Position numbers and translations under genes: made by a program
In this document: positions 44,390 through 59,040 of the stretch, piece after piece
Layout: the number at the start of each line of letters is the position of its first letter
Position numbering within the stretch: the stretch's first letter is position 1
NCBI GenBank assembly: GCA_964016885.1
Contig: OZ024740.1
Location: 342,984,001-343,048,000, forward strand
DNA from: Eledone cirrhosa
Lineage: Eukaryota
Length of the DNA stretch: 64,000 nucleotides
Direction: 5' to 3'
The notes under the pieces: model-generated
The model's database searches: none
What the model saw: the letters and a program-made list of their open reading frames with translations, nothing else
Told to the model about the DNA's origin: nothing

Positions 44390-47300
44390 TGAGCCAGTGT
44401 GCTAGGAAAAATCAAGACAACATTGGGTTAAGTGTATATGGAATAATAGTGACATACTCTTACTGATGATTAAAAGATAGAGGGATGGAAGTACTGTTAT
44501 AAGAGATTGTTGAATGAGAAGAATGCATGAGAGAAAAAGGCTCTACACCAAGTAGACCCAACAGAAGCACAGCTATCCAAGTTGAAAGTAGTATGGTTGA
44601 TAGAGCCATTATACAGGGAAGGCAGTTTGAACATCTTGTATAGTTGCTGAGATGTTGAAAATATCTGGTAATAAAGGACATATGCATAGTACAAGACTGG
44701 TGTAGCAGTATTATATTCAACTGCTTGAGAGAAGAAACTACAGACATGAAATTGTTGGACCAAATTATGAAAGCTACTGATAAGAAACAAAGTTAACTTC
44801 GATGATATGCAGTTTGGATTTGTGCCACGAAGAGGTACTACTAATGCTCTATTTCTGATGAAACAAAAACAGAAGTACTTAGCTAGGAGTAAGTCTCAGC
44901 AGCAATGAGTGGTGCAAATTTGTTGTGTAGGTATGAGTCCATGAGGGCTCAGTATATTATAGTTCTGGACAAGAATTTATGATCAACAGATGACCTATAC
45001 CGTATAGCAAAATCTGTGGTAGAGTTTGATAAAATTCAATACATGGGAGCAAAAATTAAAGTTTTAGTACACAGGAAAGATGCCATTGTATAAATGGCCA
45101 TACTTGATATGCAGAAAAGGGGTAGGTAAAAATTCCATACAGTGTATTTTGTGGATATACAGTGATTTAATGGGATCACAAGCAAGCTAAAATAGCTGGT
45201 GGATTTTATATGCATTGGAACAGTAAGCATGAAGAGCACATGAGAAATATATTCATGTGTTTGAATGGCTCCCTAAAAATAGTTGATAGCTTTTGATACC
45301 TAGATGACATGATTTGGCAGTGGAGGTGGTAGTTTTGAAAGCATTGTAGTCAGAGAATGAAGTGGTTGGAGAAAGTTCAGATAACTATTACCTCTGCTGG
45401 TAACAAAGGGTATTTCTCATAGTAAAAGGCAGATTGTATCATGCTCCTGTTAGAACTGCAATGCTACATGGTAGATAGATGTGAGCTTTGAGGAGGATAC
45501 TGGTCTGAGTGTTGGTTGATCTTTTATATATACAGAACAATACTAATGTGGGTGTTCTGTGATTGCGCTTTACATAAACAGGCCAGGAGCACCCAGGAAA
45601 AAAGTGTGGAGGAAGCAAAGGTAATGCATTCATACAATGAAAGGTCATAAAATCAGCTCAGATCTCGATAAACAGGTTTGGTCAAGTCATTACACAGTAT
45701 AGACTACAGATACTGTAGGGAAACTGCTTGGTAAAGTTGCTCCATTCATACAGAGTAATCTGTGGGAACAGAGCTGACATCTAGTTGACACCCTTATGTT
45801 ACAGCTACTGACTTCAATTCAGCATTCAAATTAGATAGTCTTTTGCTGAAATAGTCACCACTTTTTTAACGAATCCCAGCAGTCTAACTGTGTTACATTG
45901 TTGTGGGATTTGTTTACAAATTAATAGTGGCTTACTTTTATTATTCACAGTTGTATAAATAACATTACAAATATTCACAAAGTTGGCTTAAAAACCATTG
46001 ATGATTACATAATTAGGATTGTTGGTTGAATTACTTTTCTCTAAATTCAGTATTTCCCAAAGTTGGTTCTACGAAAAATCTTAGAGTTTAACGATTGTAT
46101 TGTATTTTGACTCATGAATTTATTCTCATTCTAAAGCAATTTTTATATCATTTAATGCCTTAGTAAAATTAGGGTGGTGTAATTATCCATAGAATAGTTA
46201 TGGGATCAGCGTGTTTTCTAAAATCATACAAAGGTTCTGCAACATAAGTTTAGGAACTACAGCTTTAACCATTGATTTCGACAGTTGTAGCTTTTAGCAA
46301 TTTGCTCCTCGTCATTTAAATATGCTTTTATTTAATTTCAATAATTTATTTTCAGAAGGAGATAACTTTTAAACATATTTTTGTATAGTTATGTCCCTTG
46401 AATTTTTAAAACTCGTTTTCAACATTAGTTTCTTTTGAATATTTTCCCCTAGATCAGATGTTATGATGTTTATACTTAACTCGAAGACATGCACATCATA
46501 AGTGAATTAGATGACCTAATTGGCAGAGAAGATGGTTGTTCTGAAAGCATAGTAATCAGAATATGGACTGGTAGCAAAGGGTATTTGTCACCATGAAAGA
46601 TAGATTATATCATGCTTCTGTTAGAACTGCAACGTTACATGGTATATAGATATGAGTTTTAAATGTAGATCTATGATGGCTTGAAATAAATTAGCCAAGC
46701 ATGTTCCACTTGATGAATCACTAAGTACAAAATTACTTATAGAAACACTAAATATCATACAAGAGAAATCAAATGTAGTGGTACAGACATGTGATATGCA
46801 CGGAGAAGTGCTGAACACTTGAAATAGATGGAACCAGTGAAAGAGAAAGTAATGGGTCAAAATGAGGAAAACTGATTTCATAATAAAGATAAAGATGTCA
46901 TGTACTGAAGACACAACCACCTGTGTTAGCTAGGTAAAACAGTCATCAATGTTGGTGGGACTGAGTAAAAAAACAAAAAGACAGGTTCTATGAAGAACTT
47001 ATAAAGATGACTTTGAAAGGTGACCTCATCATCCTGGCAGGTGACTTCAACAGATATGTGTGGCAGTACCAGGATGGATTCAGTGGAGTTGACAGTGGCT
47101 TTGGTTATGGCTCAAGAAGTGAAGAGGGATTGAGACTCCTGGAATTCTGTAATACAAATGGACTAACCATTTGCAACACAAATTTCAGGAAACCAGCCAG
47201 CCATTTTCCACGGTAGCACATTCTTCCCCAGGGAAATATTTAGTATTTATTAAAATCTGTTTGTCTTGTTGTCTCCTTATGTACAAAAGGACGACTGTGT

Positions 47301-48430
47301 GTAAAGTGCGACGCTGCATGGTAGTGAAATATGGACTGTGATTGCAGAGGACATGTGTAGACTGGAGAGAAATGAAACATCCATGCTTCATTGGATGTGC
47401 AATGTAAGTGTGAGAGAAAAGCAGAGCTTGAACGATTTGAAGGAGAAGCTGGGCTTAAGAGGAATTCGAGGTAGTGTGCATGTGAGAAGACTGTTAGTTT
47501 GGACATGTGAGACGCATGGAAAATAATCGTTGGGTGAAGAAGTAAGCTTCGACTCATGCACATTGTATTAGTGCATAATACCAGAGATCTTGGTCTTGTG
47601 TCATCGCTGTTGAGAGGTGCAATTGTGCAAAGTCAGCTTTTATCACCTCATCCCAAATCTTCCTAGGTCTTCCTACACCATAGCTTCCATCAACTTTGAG
47701 CACTATGCACTTTTTACACAGCTGTCATCCTTCATATGCATCACATAACCATACTACTACAATCTCCTTTCCTGCATACTGCGTCCTTCTGCTGCACAGT
47801 TTTTCCCTCAGTTCATTTATGCTTTGCCATTCATGTATACTACTATTACACATCCATCGAAGCATGCAAGCTTCTTTTCTTTCTAATCTTTACAGATCCC
47901 ACTGCCATGCAACATTGCTGTTCATATACATGCATCATACAATCTGCTCTTCATTTTGAGGGAAAATCATTTTGCAGTTAGCATCAGTAGTAGCTCCCTG
48001 AAATTTCTCCATCCTGTTCTCACTCTGACTACTGTACTTTCAGAACACCCTGAGCAACCAGTCTTCAACTCTTCTGTTATAGCCTACAGGATGATAATAA
48101 ACAGTGAGGGTTAAGAGCTGAGCTACCTGCACATTAAATTCTTCACTGTAGTCATTGTTAATTCTAATCTTGCAGACTGTTCCTCTATACATGGCTTGTA
48201 GTGCTCTCACAAACCACTTTCTACTCCTAGCTTTTTAAGAGCCAACCAGATAATAACACGGGGGACTCTGACAAAAGCTTTCTCCAGCTCATGAAATGTC
48301 AAGTAGAGGGATTTACTTTTAACATGGTACTTCTGCAGTTGCCTCACAAGAGGGCACCCGTGGTACTATACAGGTATACATTAAATGGATTATCTGTATA
48401 AATGTTCAATATAGAATGATATTAGACACT
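44390..48430. mobile_element. Cluster of highly decayed RTE LINE fragments (+ 44390-45480 and 46500-47560; - 47570-48430)
   Basis: MQFGFVPRRGTT, ILAGDFN...GFGYGSRSEEGLRLLEFC, RLERNETSMLHWMCNVS remnants. Confidence 0.7.
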
Positions 48431-50229
48431 ATAAGCAGCAATTTACCAAATCACTTGAAGCGACACAGTTCAAAACTGTTAATTTTAAAATGCTTAGATG
48501 TATCCCCAAACACTTCATCATCATCATTATTTAACTTTCGTATTTCCTGCTAGAAAGAGTTAAACAGGTCTTGATAGATCATGTCAGTACTCAAGCGAAA
48601 CTACCAGCCTCTTGGATAGGCCAGCGGCTTGCATCTAACTTACATACGTTCCCACAGTCTACCAAGTGCATTTTATTGTTGCACCGACACTAGGGAGTTT
48701 GTCACATTTTTGACACAGCCAAAGAGCACTTATAATCTTTTTTATACAGATTTTCTACAGATCTATGCCCCTCCTATCACTAACCATTTCACAGTGTATG
48801 TTTATCATGTAGGTCTCCTACTCTAGGGAGATTGTTGTGCCATTAACACAACTGAATAGTGCTGTGAACCTTTTTTGGCATGGTTTCTACAATGGTATGA
48901 TCTTCCTATCACTAACAAATGACGTTCTTTTTCTCTCTCTGTTTAAGTACATCTCTTTCGTTTGGCGTTCCCCCTCTCTCTATATAGATAAGGGCGACTT
49001 CATAACTGTCACCTCGAAAATACACTGCGTACCTTTTTCTCTCTTTATCTAAGTACATATCTCTCATTTGGCGCTCCCCCTCTCTCTATATATGAGGACG
49101 ACGTCATAACTTTCTGTTTATCTACCTCTTTCTGTCACCTCGAAAACTCGTGGTAATTCCGACCACTCTTCAAAATCATTTGACATGCTAGCGTTTTCTG
49201 ATATATATAAAGTTTGCAATCAAAAACATGTTCACCATTTTCTTATTTTTGGTTCTTTTGTTTCTTATATTTCTTTCTCTGCCTCTTGCTTGTTTTATTG
49301 TCCGGAAATTGTTTGTTTAGTCTGTTTGTATCGTCCAATATTGTATGGTTATACATGACAGTACTTGTTGCCAAGAAAACGAAAAAAAAAAAATTAAATA
49401 ACAATAAATAACTACAATGATCAAAACCGTATTGATATTTCAATCAATACGGATTCAAACATAAAAGACAATATTTCAAACATAGACTACAACAAAATGA
49501 ACAACAACAACGATAACAACAGCGATAGTGTCCCAAACAAAACAATCACTCGCCTGTAAGATGACTATTTCGTGTGAACTGAACAAGGACAACCATATTT
49601 GTGCAACAACAATGCACTTAATAGCGTCTGTCCAACACTACAAGAAAAGGAAAAGAGATCCCTCTTTTTCTCCCTCATCCCACCCCTCAAAAATCCACTA
49701 GCTGTGGCCAACAAACTTTCCCAGACAGCAACGTCATCAACACCAACAGGACGAGCAGCAACTTAAAAAACAACAACACACCACCAACAACAGCCACAGC
49801 AACACCAGTGTTCACCACAACACTAACGAATGAAGGACATACCACTCGCCCATTTCGAGCGGTTAGACATTTCATGTGTTGAGTCTGACCAGAGCAAGGA
49901 GTGGAAAATATTGGCAAAACGTAGAAAGAAACAACAAAAAAATAACGCCTACAAAAAAATGGAGAGAAAAGAATAAAGGCTTCGGTCTGTGGTCAAAACC
50001 GAGAGGGAGCACTTAGAAACTGCTTTCAAACGCTCACAACTCTTAGCCAGTTGGTTACTGCGATCGGTGGAAAATTCACTTGAGCGTCCTATAGAGTATT
50101 AGTGGCAGAGAAAAGTGACGACGTCATTTGAAAGACCTTGGGTGTGGAAGACGATTAACTAAACGATCTCTTCAATCCAGGGCTGATGGATAACTTCTAG
50201 AAGTTATCCATCAACCCTGAGCTGTGCTA

Positions 50230-52244
50230 TCGGGGAAACATTGTCTATTCGAGATTAGCTCTGCAGACATTGAAGTAACGTTAGTCGAGCATATCCGAGA
50301 TGCACGCAGGGCGACGAAACCATCTTGCACGCACTCATTAATGTCCGAGCATTGTTGAGACGTGGGTTTGTAGGACGGATCCGGCTATCAACTGAATTCA
50401 TCATGAAGATCGCCCTACCTTCCTCTTTTAATCGAGAAGGACAGGAAGTTTTTATATGCCCGGTGACTGGGTCCGGATTTATTGGGACCCTGCTTAATAC
50501 CATTTTTAACCTTGATTTGCTCTGAGATGATAACACAAATAATTACCCAAGCCTTCATGTCATCATGAAAGGTTGTGATTATGCCAAAAGTGTTACAATC
50601 ACCCTAACTCGACAAAGATCCTCTACAGAGAAGCTGTTTTCACCGTATCAAAGGATTTTGTTAAATCCACAAATAATCTGTTAGAGGTTCTATTATTGTT
50701 TGTAACACTTTTCTTGGATTTGACGTGCTATAAAGATCATGTCAATAGTGTCTCTATTGAACTGAAAGCCACATTGTGATTTGGTAAGATCAGGTTTCAT
50801 ATATTATTATTTAGTTTACGGCCCTTTGAAATTCCACCGAGGTTAGTTTTTCCTTTCATCCTTACGGGGTCGATAAAATAAAGTACCAGTAATGCACTGG
50901 GTCAATTTAATCGACTTCCCTTCCCCCCAAATTGCTGGCCTTGTGCCTATAATAGAAATCATTATTTAATTTTGAAAGCACAAATGAAGCAAGAATTTTC
51001 CTTGCAGCACTGAGAACAGCTATTCCTCTATAATATTTGCATTCTTCTTGCATAAAAGAACCAGTATTGCATCTTTCCAAATATTTGGTCCTTTATCCTC
51101 TCTCCATATTTCCAGAATAAGTTCATGCATGATTTCATCATCAAATCTGAAAATCTCTGCGAACAAGCGATCCTTTCTTAAATTAAGTTTATTGATGCTA
51201 ATATTTACTTCTTCAAGGCTAGTGTGTGTGCGGGGGCTTGGGGTGGACACACGAAGAGAAAACATTGATGATCTCTAAAAAAAAAAAATTTGAATATCTC
51301 CTTATAATATATAACCAGCAATTTCTCTGTCTGTCTGTCCGACAGTGGAAACACGTGCGCGCGTGCGAATGTTTTTTGTGCACGCGTAGAGAGAGAGTGA
51401 GTGTGAAAGAAAGAGACAGACTACGAGAGGGGGATAGCAGGAGGGAGAGAGGGAGAGAGAGAGAGAGAGTGAATAGACGCTAAAACACGTGCGCGCATTC
51501 GAATGTTTTTTGCGCACGCGTAGAGAGAGAGTGAGAGTGAAAGAAAGAGACAGACTGAAAGAGGGGGATAGCGGGAGGGAGAGAGGGGGAATTGAGGAGT
51601 GCTACAGAAACATATATACATTTCTGTGTGTGTGTGTAATATATATATATACACACACAGAAATATATATATATACACACAGAAATATATATACATTTCT
51701 GTGTGTGTAATATATATATATATACACACAGAAATATATATACATTTCTGTGTGTGTAATATATATATATATATACACACACAGAAATATATATACATTT
51801 CTGTGTGTATAATATATATATATACTAGCAGAAAACCGCCCACCTGGTGGTTTTCTGCTAGTCTATATATCTAAAACAGAGAATGTCTGTCTGTCTGTCT
51901 GTCTGTCAGCTCACTAAAACTCGAGAACAACCCAACTGATTGTTTTCAAACTTTACACATGTAATACTTATGGTCCTGTGAGTGTTTTGAGAAAAAAAAT
52001 TCAAATTTTCAATGCCTCAGGGACCGCATTAGGCGATTTAGCGATCTCTCTCTATAATTATTAGTCTTTCTCTTTTTAGATAGATACATAGATATAACGT
52101 TGCGCCCTTATAATATCTGTCTGTATGTCTGGCTGTCTGCATTACGACATTATGACGCGGTGTGTGCGCGCGCGCGTGTGTGTGTGTGTGTGTGTATGTA
52201 TATATAGTGTGTGTGTATATGTATATATATAGTGTATATATATA

Positions 52245-52312
<68 letters not shown>

Positions 52313-52424
52313 TGTAACGTTTTTCGAAATATTTACTTCTGTGTTCACAGATTGATTTTTTTTGTTTCAGAAAATCCCGTTAAGGCTGAAAGCAGCGATT
52401 CTTTGCTTAAACTTTAATCTGTTA

Positions 52425-52456
<32 letters not shown>

Positions 52457-52646
52457 AAGGAGGAGTTGTAGTAAGGAACCAGATGGACTATAACGCACCA
52501 GAGTACTCAATACTTAGGGTAGTAGAGTGGGTAATAGGAGAAAGTATGACCCCGACGGCAGAGTTCAAGCCGTTTCGACGGGTATTTCTGGACTGAAATA
52601 GCCGTCGAAACGGCTTGAGCTCTGTCGTCGGGGTCATACTTTCTCC

Positions 52647-52694
<48 letters not shown>

Positions 52695-53740
52695 TATATT
52701 CGTGTACAGATATTTTTGCATACACAATAACAAAATATAAACAAAAGTATTTATTTCGCGATAAAGTATTGATTTTCTTCGCACCGAAAAAAACCCTGGT
52801 AATCTACGACGAATTTTTTTTATAAGCACAAAATGTAGACACCATCCCGAGGCCGAGGTATTCCGTACTTCTCTGTACTGTTATATATATGTATATATAA
52901 TTATATATTCGTATACAGATATTTTTGCATACACAATAACAAAATATAAACAAACGTATTTATTTCACGAGGCTCGATAAGGATAAACATATATCAAATA
53001 TATAAGAACCCTAGAGCAAATCCCGAACAACGCCGAGACATTCTGCTAGTTATTAGTAAAATTTTGATCTATCTTGGAATCTCTATTTAATAAATCATTA
53101 AAATATTCCTCCATCTTTTAGCTAAACTACCCATGTCTGTTAGTAGATTTCAGACATCCTTGGATCTGAGTGGTGTTATCTTAGTGGATCTTGGTCCAAA
53201 GGATAGTTTTATGAAAGTATACAATTCCATTGAATTCCTTGAGTCAGCTGCTGTCTGCATATTAGATACAAGTTTTTTTTGCATGTAACGCAATTTACGC
53301 TGGGCCTTAGCATATTTACCTTAGCATATTTAAACTTTTAAGGCTGGGCCTTAGCATATTTTAAATTTTCTTCTAGTTGATATCTTTCATTTGGTAAGCC
53401 TTTTTGCCACATTTGCACCAAGCTAGTATCCTTCAACAATATAGCTTTTATCTCCTGATCATTCTCATCAAACCAATCCCTAATTTTTGCTGCAGTAGTT
53501 CAAAGAATTTCATGTGCTGCATTGTAAAGTTCCTCTCTGATTACGGCCCAAGAAGATATAATTGATAGCAGTAAATATCCATGCAAAGCGGCTTGAATTT
53601 CTGGAAATCTCAACTTACTAACATCAAGGTATTTTGGAAGCTGAATAGTGTTATGATTTTTGCATTTACCAAATAGTGGTCAGTCTAGTGCTCAGCACTC
53701 CACATAGATCAGACATTACACACATCCTGCATGTTACGTT
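50230..53740 (-). mobile_element. Old RTE LINE split by a ~1.8-kb insertion (pieces 50230-51280 and 53060-53740)
   Basis: DWFDENDQE in the right piece; EEVN.SINKL, QCGFQ, FDTV in the left piece, in colinear order. Confidence 0.6.
51300..53050 (+). mobile_element. Tandem Helitron/DINE-like non-autonomous elements with nested PLE fragments
   Basis: TC-tatatatctaaaac...(gtct)n start at 51862; ctgCTAGT ends at 51862 and 53050. Confidence 0.55.
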
Positions 53741-53754
53741 TGCGAACAATTACA

Positions 53755-53900
<146 letters not shown>

Positions 53901-54069
53901 GAAACCATAGGCCATATTCACATAAGGTACAGAAATGTATGTATACTGTAAGCCTAGAACTTTATTTCCTTTCTACATTATATTTTGTTAAATCACCCAG
54001 GTTTGAATACAGAAACCAAACCTATGTAAACTAAGTCAGTCCAGTACACAGCTCCCCACATAGAACATG

Positions 54070-54630
54070 TATTACACTCATTTTGCATAGTGTGCCACAT
54101 TAGCATCTGGTAAATTGGTCAGTTACACTTTAGCATGCGGTCTAATTGTTCAGTACACTTTAATGCGTGGTATATTTGGTCATTTGTAGTTAGTTTGTGG
54201 TTTACCTTGTCAGTTACAATTTAGCGTGCAGTCTGTCTGGTCAGTTAAAATTTAGCATGTGGTCTAGCTGGTCTGTTGCACTTCAGTGTGTGGTCTGTTT
54301 TGGTCATTTGTTGTTAGTATGTTATCTACCTTATCAGTTACGCTTTAGTGTGCAGTCTTCTTCGGATGTGCAGCCGATTGTCACACTTGGTGGTGAATTG
54401 CCCCACCTTTTTTATGTTTTCTTTTTATTTCTCTTTTATGCGTTTATATTTGTATATTTTATATTTGTTTGGGTTTTTGTTCTGTAAGCAATATATTATA
54501 TTTTTATACAACTGTGAATAAAACATTGTCTACTTGGTCATTTAAAGTCAGCATGTGATTAGCTGGCCAGTTACACATTAGTATGAACTCTACCTGGTCA
54601 TTTATAGTTAGCCTGCGGTCTGCCTGCACA
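54070..54630. repeat. Degenerate ~35-40-bp minisatellite (ggtcagttacactttagcatgcggtcta-like)
   Basis: Recurring ggtca(g/t)tt...ttag motif. Confidence 0.6.
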
Positions 54631-55839
54631 TTTGTTGTTTGGGAACTACAGCTTTAATCGTTGATTTCGACAGTTGTGGCTTTCAACAGACTGCTCCTAG
54701 CCGTTACATGCTTTTATTTGATTTCGATAAAATTATTTTTAGAGGGAGGCAACTTTTAAACAAGCTTTTTGTTTAGTTATCTCCCTTGAAATTTTGAAAC
54801 TATCGTTTTTAACGTTAGTTTCTTTTCTATATTTACTCTGTATTTTTGAAGGGTGGTAATTTGGATGTTGTGATGTTTATGCTTAACTCACAGAATAAGT
54901 GAAGTGAATTGTATTCAACTAGAAACTGAAATAAAGTCGCAAACCCTGGCCTCTAAGAGCTCTAAATCTCAGATCATTGTTATCTTTTAAATAAGCGCAA
55001 AGTTACAATTTTAAATAGCAGAAAATATGGCATGTTATAACGTTCATGCCTAAAGAATGAAATTAAGAAAAACAAAACAATGAGATAATACAGCTTCAGC
55101 CATGAATGAAAACCGAGTCGCACATTTTAGCTGGCCGGAACACTACTCATTTCAAAGACACAACATTGCAGCTCAAAGCACTTCGCATCGGACCCCGTAC
55201 TGCCGAGCTCCTCCGCAAAATGGGAACGTCAGCAGCCCGTCCGAGGAAAGAACATCTCGAGGTGGGGTGGCTATTGTAGCGTCCATCGCTGGTTATTCTC
55301 CATAGAAGTACTTTTGCAGTTTTGTCCGCGGAGCGCAGCCGAAAGATCACCCCCCCCCCCCCAGGTTTTGAGACCATCACCTACTCCCCTTCCCCTCCCT
55401 CTCTTCTGTGACACACACATCCTTGTTTTTTCCTTCCTTTTCCTCTCATTTACGACATTTATAGTCCTTTCTTCTACTTTCTCATACAGTCAGATCTGCT
55501 CTTCTTTACCCCTTCCCCCCTTTCTCATTACTTAATTTTTGTTTTTATCTTTCTCTTTTTCATATTGTTGTTATATCATTGTCATCTAATGTTATATATT
55601 ATACTAAAGCTGTATCTATCAAGAAATAAGTTCTAAGGTAAAAAAAAAAATAAAAAAAAATTCACTACGTATTCTCCAATTATACCATGTCATGGGCCCT
55701 CAACTCCTGTTGGAGTCGTAGGAGCACCGCCAGCACAGAATCTTGGACATTTATATTTAGCGGAGCCGACCCCTCGCCAGTTCGGAACATAGCAGATTTC
55801 TCCCAGAGAGGAGGAAGAGAAGGTGAGAAAGGGGTGATA

Positions 55840-55901
<62 letters not shown>

Positions 55902-55925
55902 AGGGAGAGAGAGAGAGAGAGATAA

Positions 55926-55957
<32 letters not shown>

Positions 55958-55974
55958 GGGGGGGGAGGGGGGGT

Positions 55975-58570
55975 AATCTACCCCAGTATTGAACTTGTAC
56001 TTCATCTATCGATATCGAAAGGACAAAAGATAAAGTTAACCTCGACGGGATTTGCTTACACAACGTAGAGAGCCGGTAACAAAAACAACAAAGTATTCTA
56101 TCCGACATATTAACAACTTAGTCACTTCGCCCTGGTGTTCTACAATTATAATAGAAAACAATCCGAAGTGGAGAAGACAATTTGACGTTGGTTTATTAAA
56201 AAAAATTAAAATACTAATTAGTTGTCTGTCTACAGTTCTGGACTTATTGATCTGTAAAAGTCTCATTGAATGATGTGTTCATGTAGACTGGCTGTATTTG
56301 GTCTAAGTACTAGTTATAATAATAATGAAATATTGTGTACAGTGCTCAGGTGCACTACAACTCATCAAAAAGTGTATGTATAGTACATAGTGTCTGGTCA
56401 TGATTAATTTTTCATAGGTTGGTGTAATAACTCTGTGCTATTACTATTATATGAACTTGAAATAATCATAATGTTAAAAGTAACATTTTGAAATTTTCCC
56501 TTTATCAGATGTAAACCTAAATTTCTCAAAAAAAAATAAGCAAAAAAAAAAAGCAGGTTGGGGGTACATTTATTTTCGAAACGTGCCACTTGGTAAGCGT
56601 TACAAAAAGGCTGGTAATCTATTTATGAATGAAATGCCTCGGTGTCAACACTGTAAATGAGTCTTAACTCAGTACGTAAAGGGACGTAACTAAACACTAC
56701 AGAACATTTTGCTCTCCACTGTGCGATTTCTAACATTTGTATATGGAGAAAAGTTTGTTACAGCTGTTGTTTAGCTCCAGCTCAATTCTGTCAGAGTTGA
56801 TTTATGGTCAGAAACATTTCAACCGTTCCCACATCTTCATTTTCTACAAACATAATGTATCTATATACTTTTTTTTAAAACGACCGGGTGTTATTTCATG
56901 GCGGTGGATTGGCAGTATCGGTAGAGAGTCGGACGCCATGCTTTACGGTCTGAGTTCAAATCCCGCCGAGGTTCACTTTGCCTTTCATCCTTACGGGGTC
57001 GATAAAATAGAGTACCAGTAATGTACTGGGTAATTACTGGCCTTGTACCAAAAGTAGAAACAGTTATTTCATGGCTGTTATAGCTTCAACAAGACATACG
57101 ATAGAAAGCTTTCCAGTTTTCGTATCGTTTCTTTACTTTTCAGACATAATGTATATATCTATCTAGGGCGGGTAAAATTCCTGAGATAAACCCTAGTGCT
57201 GGTTCTTTTCAATGGCTGATAATACCTTACCGGCGCCACTCGAATAAGTTAATTATTTAACCCATAAATGGGGCCCTAACAGGTACTACTACTCCGGGCC
57301 AGAGCAGACCTGGGAGTGATAACAGCTAAGGGGTAACTCCACATTCCCCACAGCTCCTGAACTTCTGAACTGGAGCCTTGCCACTAGATGCAGTTTAATG
57401 CCATACTCAAGACAACTACATTATCCAAGTAATGCCATACTCAGGACAATGTATATATATAACTACATTATCCAAGTAGCCATTTAATATTTAAGACTGT
57501 AGAGTGTTATTAGACTGCTATGTTTAGCAGATCAAACGATTACAAGGAGGGTGAGACTGTTTCATTGGCTCAACATGGAGAAATGTATTGGAGAGGAGCA
57601 TAGTCGATTTCATTGACAGTCATATTTGACTGCTACTTATTTTATTGACTTCCGGATAAGAACAGTGGGTGCCAGAATCGGTAGATCTCCGGACAAAGTG
57701 GGTCACCGTTTTATAAAATTACAAATTTCTGCCGAAATCGTGTTTACTTTCAATCCCTTTGTCTTTTTGCAGCATTAAGTCACGGAACTCCTTACCAAGC
57801 GTATGTACTTGTCAATGTTATGGGTTTCCATGGGAGACTACCAAGGTCATTTTCAATCGTATTTCTTCGTGTTTCGTTATTTTTGACAAACATCACATCT
57901 TATAAGTTAAATACAAACAAATTTGTCACTTATTTGGACGCTCAGAACGTAAAGATCAGAACAAATACCGATAAACATTTTGATCAACGCTCAAGCAATT
58001 TACTAAACTACAGGCTTGAGTTAGTACTTTCAGTTCTAGGGTTACTGAAATAGGTACCAGCCAAATATTGCGTCATTTAAATCGTCTGTATACATCCTCA
58101 GATGTTGTCATTTTATGCCTAAGCTAGAAATAATTTTATCAACTTTAGACACCGGTCGGTTAAAGCTGCTGGTCACACTGAAAAGTGTGACCAGCAGCTG
58201 AAGGTTAACTCAGCAACAGACGGGTTGGACGCCATGCTTTCTAGCATAGTTACGTCCCTTTACGGTCTGAGTTCAAATCCCGTCGAGGTTAACTTTGCCT
58301 TTCATCCTTACGGGGACGATAAAATAAAGTACCAGTAATGTACTGGTAATTGTTTGCCTTGTTCCAAAAGTAGAAACAATTATATTATAAGTTGCTTAAC
58401 GCCACAGAAAACCTGGTAAAGTTCCGGCTTGATAAGGCGTTGAATTGGCAGAGTTGCTAGAACGTTGGATAACATGCTTTCTGGCTCTCTGCACTCTGAG
58501 ATCAAACCCCACCCAGGTCATCTTTACCTTTCATCCTTTCGAGATCGATAAACAAGTACGAGTTCAGTAC
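55975..58570. mobile_element. SINE cluster: family 2 at 55975-56131 (-), 56899-57066 (+), 58225-58385 (+), 58435-58570 (+); a third family at 57255-57420 (-)
   Basis: Shared gagttcaaatccc...gcctttcatcct...gataaaat core with 37285-37506. Confidence 0.75.
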
Positions 58571-59040
58571 TAGGTTGATTATTTCTCTACATCTCTTTCT
58601 CACTTCCTCTCTATCACTCCCCTTCTCCGGAAAAAATCGGCTGTGGTTTAAAAAAATGCTCCCAAAACACCGCATGTCACTACGGCGCCTCCACAACTTC
58701 ACCAGGAGTTACAGGTAAAAAGAAAAGGTGATGAGCCTCTTTAGCTCGAGAATGTCTTTAAGACAGCAGTGGGATGTAACTAAATGCCGCAAGGTATTTT
58801 GCTGTTCATTCACATCCACACCGTTCAGTAGAAAACAATAACAAGAATAATAATTAAAACAACAAAAACAATGACGGCGATGAAAGGGATCTCGCCCACT
58901 AATTATAATTTTACATTTGCTTTCCAGAAATTAGAACTGAGTATCATTGTGTGTATGTATTATGTATGTATGTATGTATGTATGTATGTATGTATGTATG
59001 TATGTATGTATGTATGTATGTATGTATGTATGTATGTATA

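Noticed and set aside
55680-55800. Resemblance of VLAVLLRLQQEL to the ACBD5 coiled coil
   Set aside because: Too short and generic to assign a gene
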